From positions 27,147-91,146 of the forward strand of contig JAKASR010000010.1 of assembly GCA_021818955.1 (NCBI GenBank): DNA of 64,000 bases, given 5' to 3'. The notes under the pieces were generated by a model. It was not told the origin of the DNA and made no database searches. It saw nothing but the letters and a program-made list of their open reading frames with translations. Source of the stretch: Acidobacteriota bacterium. Its GTDB lineage: Bacteria > Acidobacteriota > Terriglobia > Terriglobales > SCQP01. The translations under genes were made by a program, and so were the position numbers. This document shows positions 8,195-15,825 of the stretch, piece after piece. Positions within the stretch are counted from its first letter, which is position 1. Each line of letters opens with the position of its first letter.

Positions 8195-9364
8195 ATGTCG
8201 GCCACGTTCAGCCCGGTGAAGCCCCAGCCGAGTTCCCCTCCCTTGCCCGGCGCCCCGCGGCGGCGACCGCGCCGGCGGCAGCTGGGATTTCATTTTTCCC
8301 GCGGCGGCTGGGTGTACATGTCTGGCTTGCTGCTGTTGATTGCGGCAGCCATGAATACCGGCAACAATCTGCTGTTTCTGCTGGCCGCCTCCATGCTGGC
8401 GGCGCTGCTGGTTTCCGGCTTCGTTTCCTCGCTGGTGCTGAGCAACATCAGCCTGCATTTTCGGCTACCCGGGCAAGTCTTTGCCGGGCGCAATATTCCC
8501 GTGCGGCTGGAGCTGGAAAACGAAAAACGCTTCATGCCCAGTTTTGCCCTAATGGTGGAAGCGGCGCGCGGGCCTAAACGCGGCAAGGCCGCGCAGCCGG
8601 TGGCGAGCCTGGAGATGCCGCCCGCTTATTTCCCTTATCTGCCGGCTCGCCGCCGCGCCGGCTTGACCGTAAGCATTCGCTTTCCTCACCGCGGGCTTTA
8701 TGACGTAACCGGGTTGTCGCTGGGCACTTCCTTTCCCTTTGGTCTGATTCGCAAATGGCGGCGGTTTTTCGCCGAAGCTCACGATCAGCCCATTCTGGCT
8801 TATCCGGATCTGGAACAAGGCCGGCAGTGGGTGGAAAGCTGGCTGGCCATGGAGGGCCGGCAAGAGCTATACCAGCCTGGGCCGGGACACGATTTATATC
8901 GCATTCGCCAGCACCAGCCTGGAGATACCGCCCGCCAGGTGCATTGGAAAGCCAGCGCCAAAGCCGGCGAGTTGCGGGTGCGCGAATTCAGCCGCGAGCA
9001 ACAACCGCGCGCCCGGGTGGTCTTCGCCGTCGCCGGCGAGCGGCTGCCGCCGGAGCGGCGCGAAGCCTTGCTATCCGACTGCGCCGCGCTGCTATGGGAA
9101 CTGGCCGAGCGTGGCGCGGTGGTGGAGTTCGTCGGCTGCAATTGGACGGAACCGATGGCTTTGCGTCCACGATTTCCCTTTTTTCCCGCTCCGGGCGCAG
9201 ATCGCCATAAGCCGCCTCCGCCTCTGCATTTACCTCCAGCCGCCGGCAATCAACAACTCGATCTGGTGTTGGCTTATCTGGCGTTGGTGGATTTTCGGTA
9301 TCCGCCGCTGCCCATCCCGCAGGGCGCGGGCGGGGTGGATCATCTGGTTTTAATCCAGGAATGA
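8195..9364 (+). CDS. DUF58 domain-containing protein
   Basis: 389 aa. N-terminal basic segment plus two TM helices with NTGNNLLFLL. Central motif VHWKASAKAGELRVREFSREQQ matches the DUF58 signature. Confidence 0.8.
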   Translation: MSATFSPVKPQPSSPPLPGAPRRRPRRRQLGFHFSRGGWVYMSGLLLLIAAAMNTGNNLLFLLAASMLAALLVSGFVSSLVLSNISLHFRLPGQVFAGRNIPVRLELENEKRFMPSFALMVEAARGPKRGKAAQPVASLEMPPAYFPYLPARRRAGLTVSIRFPHRGLYDVTGLSLGTSFPFGLIRKWRRFFAEAHDQPILAYPDLEQGRQWVESWLAMEGRQELYQPGPGHDLYRIRQHQPGDTARQVHWKASAKAGELRVREFSREQQPRARVVFAVAGERLPPERREALLSDCAALLWELAERGAVVEFVGCNWTEPMALRPRFPFFPAPGADRHKPPPPLHLPPAAGNQQLDLVLAYLALVDFRYPPLPIPQGAGGVDHLVLIQE

Positions 9365-9378
9365 AGCGAGCTTAGGCG

Positions 9379-9396
9379 AGCGGCGGCAAGGCCGCT
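9379..9396. terminator. hairpin in a convergent intergenic gap (possible bidirectional terminator)
   Basis: AGCGGC-ggcaag-GCCGCT lies within the 38-nt gap between the DUF58 stop (9364) and the kinase stop (9403). There is no clear U-tract on either side. Confidence 0.3.
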
Positions 9397-9402
9397 TCCA
9401 GG

Positions 9403-10968
9403 TTATACATGGGCAGGAGCGGTTTTGGAGGCTTGTGGGAACAGCACGGCAAAATGGGAACCCTGGCCCGGCTGGCTCTGCACCCGAATCTGTCCATGAT
9501 GCTCGGCAACGATGCCATACACGGTGGCCAGCCCCAAGCCGGTGCCCTTCTCCGGCCCTTTAGTGGTGAAATAAGGCTCGAAAATACGCGCTTGGGTTTC
9601 GGCGTCCATGCCCTGTCCGGTATCGGAAACCTGCAGACGCGCGTAAGTTCCAGCCGACAGATCGGTAGGCGTGCCGGGCACGGCCGTTTTAAATTCGCAG
9701 GTTTCGGTTTCAAGCCGCAAGGTCCCGCCCATCGGCATGGCATCGCAAGCATTGACGATCAGGTTCAGCAGGACCTGATCGAGCATGGCGGGGTCGGCCT
9801 GAATCTCGCCGGTCGGGTTCAAGGCCAGCTCGAGCTGCACCGAATCGGGCACCAGGCGTTTCATCCATTGCAACGAAAGGCGGACCAGGCGGCCGAGGTC
9901 GACGCGATTCAAAGTCATCGGCTGGCGCCGGCCAAAGGTCAGCAATTGCCGGGTCAACGAGGCGGCGCGCAGGCCGGCATCGCGAATATTTTCCACATGC
10001 CGCATGGCCGCGGAATTTTCCCGGAAACGGACGAAAAGCAGATCGCAGTTGCCGAGAATCACGGTCAGCATGTTATTGAAATCATGCGCGACGGCGCCGG
10101 CGAGCCGGCCCACGGTTTCCAGCCTCTGCGATTGTTGCAACTGCTGGGCAACCTGTTTGTACTCGGTGATATCGATAATGGTGCTTTCCAACACCAGGCC
10201 TTCCGGCCCGGATTCGAGCAAAGTGGCGTTTTCCAGCACGGTGATCAGGCGGCCGTCTCGGCTTAAAAGCTGCTGTTCGCTGTTGCTGGATTGTCCCTGT
10301 TCGAGCAGGCGGTTGAGGAAAGCCTTACGGCTGGCGGGCTGGGGATAGAAGCTATCGGCGGAGGCGCCGCGCAGCTGGCCGGGAGAATCGCAGCCCAGGA
10401 TGCGGGCCGCAGCGGGATTGGCATCCAGAATTTTGCCTTCCTCATTAACGCGAAGCACGCCGGCCAGATTGCGCTCGAACAACAGCCGGTAACGTTCCTC
10501 CGAGGCGCGCAGCGATTGGAGAAGTTGCTCGCGCTCGCGCTCGATCGACCGCCGCTGGCCGCGGCCGCGGGCTTCTTCCAATTCGCGCCGGATGGCGGCG
10601 CCCAGCCGGGCGAGGTTGGTTTTGAAGATGTAATCCTGAACGCCGAGCTTCATGGTGGCCACAGCCACCGCTTCGCCCACGCTGCCGGAGACCACCAGCA
10701 TCGGAATATCCATGTCTTGCCGGCGGAGCACGTCCAGAGCGCGCTCGACGCTGAAGTTGGGCAGATTGTAATCGGAGAGGATGACCTGCCATCCGTCAGC
10801 ACGATCCACGGCAGACCCACGCTGGTTGAGCGCAGCCAGGAAGCCGGGCTCGTCTTCAGCGCGGCTCGATTCAATCGGATCGAAGCCGGCGCGGCGCAGT
10901 TCCCGTAGCAGCAACCGGCAATCCTCTTCGGAATCTTCAATAATCAGCGCGCGCAGAGGCTCGCTCAT
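9403..10968 (-). CDS. REC-PAS-histidine kinase (N-terminal receiver hybrid sensor kinase)
   Basis: ORF 9403..11157. Preferred ATG at 10968 (MSEPLRALIIEDSEEDCRLL) is preceded by GAGAGGAGGAC. Contains a receiver domain (ILSDYNLPNF), a PAS region, the H-box AHDFNNMLTVILGN, and an ATPase domain (DTGQGMD...GTGLGLATVYGIV). Confidence 0.85.
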   Translation of the reverse strand: MSEPLRALIIEDSEEDCRLLLRELRRAGFDPIESSRAEDEPGFLAALNQRGSAVDRADGWQVILSDYNLPNFSVERALDVLRRQDMDIPMLVVSGSVGEAVAVATMKLGVQDYIFKTNLARLGAAIRRELEEARGRGQRRSIEREREQLLQSLRASEERYRLLFERNLAGVLRVNEEGKILDANPAAARILGCDSPGQLRGASADSFYPQPASRKAFLNRLLEQGQSSNSEQQLLSRDGRLITVLENATLLESGPEGLVLESTIIDITEYKQVAQQLQQSQRLETVGRLAGAVAHDFNNMLTVILGNCDLLFVRFRENSAAMRHVENIRDAGLRAASLTRQLLTFGRRQPMTLNRVDLGRLVRLSLQWMKRLVPDSVQLELALNPTGEIQADPAMLDQVLLNLIVNACDAMPMGGTLRLETETCEFKTAVPGTPTDLSAGTYARLQVSDTGQGMDAETQARIFEPYFTTKGPEKGTGLGLATVYGIVAEHHGQIRVQSQPGQGSHFAVLFPQASKTAPAHV

Positions 10969-11196
10969 CGTCCTCCTCTCCCCGGAAATGCCCGGCGATC
11001 CGCCGTGACTAGCGGCTTGGCATTGCAGGCACCCTCCCGCCGGCGGCACGCCGTACATGCTTGTTCCGCCCGCTTCTCGCCTCGCCCATCGCCTCTCTTT
11101 TCCGCCAGCATCCGGGAACCGGCAGCAATCCCGTACTGACCCCATGCTCTCTTGCAATTGACTCGGGAACCGTTTTTTCCGGATAACGGCAAGGTT

Positions 11197-11619
11197 TCAA
11201 TCTCGCGGAGGTTCGTTGAGCAGCATCCAATAAAGCCCCATTGAGCCGACGGCGCGCACGAACTGCTCGAATTCGACCGGCTTGCGGACGTAACTGTTAC
11301 ACCCCAGCTCATACCCCTGCAATACATCCTGCTCTTCGCGCGAGGAAGTGAGAATGACCACCGGCAAGTGGCGGGTGCGTTCATCCGCGCGCAGCCGCCG
11401 CAGCACTTCCAGGCCATCGAGCTTGGGCAGTTTGAGATCGAGCAGCACCACGGCGGGCAGCGGACGCTCAGGCGAACCGAGCAAAAAATCGATTGCGGCC
11501 GCTCCATCGCGTTCCACCGCGACTTCGTTGAGCACGCCGCTTTTTTTTAACGAGCGCAGCGTGAGAGCTTCATCGTCGGGATTATCCTCGACCAGCAGTA
11601 CATAGCGGGGCTGTTCCAT
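11197..11619 (-). CDS. single-domain response regulator (CheY/Rcp1-like)
   Basis: 140 aa. LLVEDNPDDEAL, LLDLKLPKLDGLEVLRRLR, VVILTSS and YVRKP motifs. No output domain. Confidence 0.9.
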   Translation of the reverse strand: MEQPRYVLLVEDNPDDEALTLRSLKKSGVLNEVAVERDGAAAIDFLLGSPERPLPAVVLLDLKLPKLDGLEVLRRLRADERTRHLPVVILTSSREEQDVLQGYELGCNSYVRKPVEFEQFVRAVGSMGLYWMLLNEPPRD

Positions 11620-13120
11620 CCGAATCCTCCTTGTCCTGCTTGGGGAAAGCGTTCGCCGTCAGAGCGGCCGCGGGCGTCGCGGCCGGCAGGGTGAAAAAGA
11701 CGGTCGCGCCGCGCTCGGGCGCGGCTTCGATGCGAAGCTGGCCGCCATGGCGGTGCACGATGCGATGCACGATGGCCAAACCGATGCCGGTGCCGGGGAA
11801 TTCATTGCCGCTGTGCAGGCGCTGGAAGGGGCGGAAGAGCTTGCCCGCCCAAGCCATGTCAAAACCGGCGCCATCGTCGCGCACAAAGCAGCCTAGCCAG
11901 GCTCCAGCGCCGTCAACGCCGCGCCCGTCTTCCGCTCCCAGTTCGATCCGGGCGCGGGGATGATGGGAAGTAAATTTCCAGGCATTGCTGAGCAGATTAG
12001 CCAACAGAATGCGCATTTGCGCCGCATCGCCGGCGACCTCCAGCCGTTCGGGCAGGATGAATTCGACCAGGCGCCGCGGTTCGGAGCGGCGCAATTCGGC
12101 ATCCACCTCGCGCGCCAGGGCGGCAAGGTTCAGGCGTTGCCAGCGCATTTCGGAGCGGGTCAGGCGCGAGAGTTCCAGCAAGTCGTCAATCAGCATCGCC
12201 ATGCGCTGGGCGCCGGCGCGAATGCGCGCCAGATAACCTCGCCCGGTGACATCGAGGCCATCGCTACAATCCTCCACCAAGGCCTGGCTATAACCATCCA
12301 GCGCCCGCAACGGGGCGCGCAGATCGTGCGCGACCGAATAGCTGAAGGCTTCCAGTTCCTGATTGGCGGCCGCCAGCTCGCGGTTGGCAATCTCCAACTC
12401 GGCGGTACGGGCGCGCACGCGCTCTTCGAGCCCTTTATTCAGGGCCGCCAGTTCCGCCGTCGCCTGCTCGCGCGCGGTCACATCGAGCGCCAGCACCATG
12501 CGGCACTCCCGCCCGGCAAATTGCATATCGTGAGAATAAATTTCGGCCAACAATTGGCGGCCATCCCGCGTCTGGTGCCGCCAGATCCCGGAATAGAATG
12601 TGCCGCCGCCGAAGTTGTTTTGCAGCATGGACTCCAGCCGCGGCTGCTCGGCCAGCGGGCGGATATCGGCTATGGTCATGGCCAGAAACTGCTCGCGGCT
12701 GTAGCCATATTGGGCGATAGCGGCATTGTTGACCGCGACAAAGCGCAATGATTCGCAGTCATACACCCATTTCGGTATCGGGCTGGCGTCAAACAGCAAC
12801 TGGTACTCGCGCGCAGTCAGGCGGACCCGGCTGCGCGCCAGCTTTCTACGCCGCTGCGTTTGCCAAAATTGCAGCAGAACCAGCAACACCAGCAGCAAAA
12901 TAATTATGGCGAACAGGCTTAGCAGGTTCTGCTGTTCACGAACCGTTTGAATGTTCAGGAATGCGCCCGCATGCCACAACCCGGCATCGCGGAAGTTTAG
13001 CGGGATTGCGCGACGATTTGGACCGAATATAATTTGGAACCGACTAAACATTGACAGGTACCGGCCAACGCGCGGCCATTCGATTAGCTCAGTAAGCCGC
13101 ATGGCGAACAATGATGTCAA
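11582..13120 (-). CDS. membrane-anchored PAS sensor histidine kinase
   Basis: 512-aa ORF; exact start uncertain. TM helix LLSLFAIIILLLVLLVLL, a PAS region, a coiled coil, the H-box FSYSVAHDLRAPLRAL, and a G-box (GTGIGLAIVHRIV). The 3-prime end overlaps the following response regulator gene by 38 nt. Confidence 0.8.
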   Translation of the reverse strand: MTSLFAMRLTELIEWPRVGRYLSMFSRFQIIFGPNRRAIPLNFRDAGLWHAGAFLNIQTVREQQNLLSLFAIIILLLVLLVLLQFWQTQRRRKLARSRVRLTAREYQLLFDASPIPKWVYDCESLRFVAVNNAAIAQYGYSREQFLAMTIADIRPLAEQPRLESMLQNNFGGGTFYSGIWRHQTRDGRQLLAEIYSHDMQFAGRECRMVLALDVTAREQATAELAALNKGLEERVRARTAELEIANRELAAANQELEAFSYSVAHDLRAPLRALDGYSQALVEDCSDGLDVTGRGYLARIRAGAQRMAMLIDDLLELSRLTRSEMRWQRLNLAALAREVDAELRRSEPRRLVEFILPERLEVAGDAAQMRILLANLLSNAWKFTSHHPRARIELGAEDGRGVDGAGAWLGCFVRDDGAGFDMAWAGKLFRPFQRLHSGNEFPGTGIGLAIVHRIVHRHGGQLRIEAAPERGATVFFTLPAATPAAALTANAFPKQDKEDSDGTAPLCTAGRG

Positions 13121-13511
13121 GGTTTTTGATTCTATAACTTAGAGGAAAGGATGAAGGCTTGAATAAAAAAGCCCCTAAGATAAGAAGCACTTAAACACAT
13201 CGATTTATAATTGCAACCGCAAAATGGGTGGTTATTTACGGTCCGGCCGCTTTTGCTTTTAGGCGCGCGCGCACAACCCAAACATGCCATGGGGCCGATC
13301 CGGCTTGATGCTTTTATCCAGGGCGATGCCGGCAGGTGCCGGGCGAGAGAACATGCGCAGCGGCGGGTATCAAGCCATTCAAACGCATGCAGTGATTGCA
13401 ATTACATCTGTTTGTGGGCTGCGATATATCCAGAATTTCCGGAAAGCGCGAAAATAAAACAGGATGACGCCAGGCCGCAAATTCACGGCCCGGCGGGAAG
13501 GAGTTTTAGCC

Positions 13512-14798
13512 ATGCCCGGCATTTTACAAGCCAAATTGCAGGAAACCATTCCCGGCTGGCGCAGGCAACGACTCGAGCTGCTGCAGACGCGCGGCGAAGA
13601 GAGGATAGGCGAGATTAAGGTGAGCCAGGTCCTGGGCGGGTTGCGCGGCGCGCAGGGCCTGGTCTGCGACACCTCCGAGGTCTCGCCCACTCAGGGGCTA
13701 ATCGTACGCGGCATTCCCATTGGCGAACTCGCCAGCAAGTCGCCAGAAGAGATGTTTTACCTGCTGCTGACCGGCGAGCTGGCTTCCGGCGCCGTGTTGA
13801 ACGACTTGCGGCAGGAGCTGCGGCAGCGGGCGCTCATTCCGGACTACCTCTGGAAAGTATTGGAAGCGCTGCCGCGCGATACCCATCCCATGGCCATGCT
13901 CAGCGTGGCGCTGCTGGCGCTGGAGCGGGAGTCCGTCTTTCGTCGCCATTACGAAGATGGCATGCCCAAGGATCAATACTGGGAATCCACGCTGGAAGAC
14001 TGCTTGCAATTGCTGGCGAAGCTGCCCGCGGTTGCCGCCGGCATTTACCGGCTGCATATCGGCCGGCCCCGCATTGCTTCACGCCCGGAACTGGAATGGA
14101 GCGCCGATTTTGCCCAAATGCTGGGAATCGGGGGCGAGGAATTCGCCAAGCTGATGCGGCTTTATCTCACGCTGCATTGCGATCATGAGGGCGGCAATGT
14201 CAGCGCCTTCACCAGCCACACCGTCGGCTCGGCGCTCTCCGACGCCTACTATGCCATCTCCGCCGGCCTGAACGGCCTGGCTGGACCGCTGCACGGCCTA
14301 GCCAACCAGGAGAGCCTGCACTTCGTGCTCGATATCCAAAATCATTTCGGCGGGGCGCCCAGCGAAGCCCAACTGCGCAGTTACCTGAAGGATCGGCTGC
14401 AACATGGCCAGGTCATTCCCGGCTACGGTCACGCCGTGCTGCGGGTGACCGATCCACGCTATACCGCCTTCCATAAGTTCGGCGAGCGCTATTGCCGCAA
14501 TGAGATGATGTTCAGCATCGTCGACCGGCTCTTTGCCGTGGTGCCGGAAATCCTGAAGCAGCAGGCCAAGGTGCAAGATCCATGGCCGAATGTGGACGCC
14601 ATCTCCGGCTCGCTGCTTTATCACTATGGACTGAAAGAGTTCGACTACTATACCGTGCTGTTTGGCGTTTCGCGCGCGCTGGGCCTGTGCGCGCAGCTCG
14701 TCATCAATCGGGCAGTCGGAACGCCCATCATGCGGCCCAAGTCGGTTAGCACGAGCTGGCTGATGGAACACGTGCCGGTAGCCGCGCACGTTTCCTGA
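13512..14798 (+). CDS. gltA: citrate synthase
   Basis: ORF from 13464; preferred ATG at 13512, with GGAAGGAG 9-16 nt upstream. Catalytic motifs GPLHGLANQE and GYGHAVLRVTDPR. Confidence 0.9.
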   Translation: MPGILQAKLQETIPGWRRQRLELLQTRGEERIGEIKVSQVLGGLRGAQGLVCDTSEVSPTQGLIVRGIPIGELASKSPEEMFYLLLTGELASGAVLNDLRQELRQRALIPDYLWKVLEALPRDTHPMAMLSVALLALERESVFRRHYEDGMPKDQYWESTLEDCLQLLAKLPAVAAGIYRLHIGRPRIASRPELEWSADFAQMLGIGGEEFAKLMRLYLTLHCDHEGGNVSAFTSHTVGSALSDAYYAISAGLNGLAGPLHGLANQESLHFVLDIQNHFGGAPSEAQLRSYLKDRLQHGQVIPGYGHAVLRVTDPRYTAFHKFGERYCRNEMMFSIVDRLFAVVPEILKQQAKVQDPWPNVDAISGSLLYHYGLKEFDYYTVLFGVSRALGLCAQLVINRAVGTPIMRPKSVSTSWLMEHVPVAAHVS

Positions 14799-14821
14799 TG
14801 GCCGGCCATGGGTTACATATT

Positions 14822-14933
14822 GCGTTAACGGCCGAGTCGGACAGCAGTTTTCGTCCTTGGCAATTTCAAAGAAATTGCCTCTAACCATGCCCGCAGGCCG
14901 AAGCGCGGGGTTCCGGTTAGATCCCGCGCCTAT
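14822..14933. repeat. dispersed ~112-bp two-hairpin intergenic element, copy A
   Basis: About 90 percent identical by eye, in the same orientation, to 61609..61750. Hairpin 1 is GGCAATTTC-aaa-GAAATTGCC (14859..14879). Hairpin 2 is GCGCGGG-13 nt-CCCGCGC (14903..14929). Confidence 0.8.
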
Positions 14934-15043
14934 GAACGACATTACAAAGCAATTCCGCAGGAATTGCGCCCGGCAATGCCCGGCAACCATGCGTATTCGC
15001 TAGGCGTCCGGTTTCGGCCGGACCTTTGCGAAAGCGTCAGCGC

Positions 15044-15069
15044 CGAAAAGTAAAAGCGGCCGAGCCGCT
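15044..15069 (-). terminator. rho-independent terminator candidate
   Basis: Minus strand reads AGCGGC-TCG-GCCGCT followed by TTTACTTTT. It lies about 120 nt downstream of the 15188 ORF stop. Confidence 0.5.
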
Positions 15070-15187
15070 ATAAAGCTGGACGGACAGGCGGGCCCGGCGA
15101 GCAAGCGCGGCCGGTCCCGCCTGATTTTTAGCTTCCGGTTATCCGCCCCCCGCCAAAGAAATGTTTGAAGATTAAAACATTCGGCGG

Positions 15188-15502
15188 CTATCTGCTCTTG
15201 CGGCGTTCGCCTTTGCGGCGTTCCGGGCCGTGGTAGTTCGGGTCAGGACCTTTGCGGCGATCTGTTCCGGAACGGCGGCGCTCAAGTCGCAGCAGCGGAG
15301 GTGGCATGGTCTTGAGCCAGGTCGCGAGGGGATGCACGCTACGTCCCGCGCATTTTGGGCAGCGGCTGGTTTGGCAAACGACTTCGCAATCCAGACAGAG
15401 CCGGGCTTCCTGAAACGGAATGGCGCCGGGCATCAGGTATTTCTGAAGATTCGGCGGCGGACTGGGATCAAACAGCAGGTTGGACAACTTGCCGCGCGCC
15501 AT
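15188..15502 (-). CDS. hypothetical small zinc-ribbon protein with an Arg-rich C-terminal tail
   Basis: ORF 15188..15568; start uncertain (ATG 15502 MARGKL or 15433). CxxC-x9-CxxC (CLDCEVVCQTSRCPKCAG). Tail is RRRSGTDRRKGPDPNYHGPERRKGERRKSR. Third-codon positions are G/C-biased like neighbouring genes. No family recognised. Confidence 0.45.
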   Translation of the reverse strand: MARGKLSNLLFDPSPPPNLQKYLMPGAIPFQEARLCLDCEVVCQTSRCPKCAGRSVHPLATWLKTMPPPLLRLERRRSGTDRRKGPDPNYHGPERRKGERRKSR

Positions 15503-15799
15503 AGAGTAATTTGATTTGCAGCTTGATAGCCAACTCAGGGAACCAGGAATTCGGAGAAAAGAGGCCATGGCGAGCAGCGGCCCCGATAAAAATATCGCCG
15601 GCTAAAGCCCGATAAACTTGCCGGTTACCGCGAGATGATGGCTCAGGTTTCGATGACCGGAATTTAACCGCGCTGCGGCTGAACTCGGAACTGCAGCCAG
15701 GGTGCTGGCACTTTTATTCCCAAATTTCCCGGTCGATTGCCCGGGTTTTTATCGTTATGGCGGTGGGATGGGATGGCAGGATGGGGCGCGCGCCAGCGC

Positions 15800-15825
15800 T
15801 TAAAAGTAAAAGCGGCCGCGCCGCT
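15800..15825 (-). terminator. rho-independent terminator candidate for the RND operon
   Basis: Minus strand reads AGCGGC-GCG-GCCGCT followed by TTTACTTTTAA. It begins at the last base of the RND stop codon. Confidence 0.55.

Noticed and set aside
13132-13401. 89-aa minus-strand ORF and overlapping plus-strand ORFs in the kinase/gltA intergenic region.
   Set aside because: The region is AT-rich and promoter-like. The translation is Cys/Arg-rich and has no similarity I recognise.
14903-14929. GGGGTTCC...CCCGCG segment resembling a tRNA T-arm inside the dispersed repeat.
   Set aside because: The loop is 13 nt, not the 7-nt TTCGAAT type. No acceptor, D or anticodon arms can be drawn, so it is not a tRNA or tRNA fragment.
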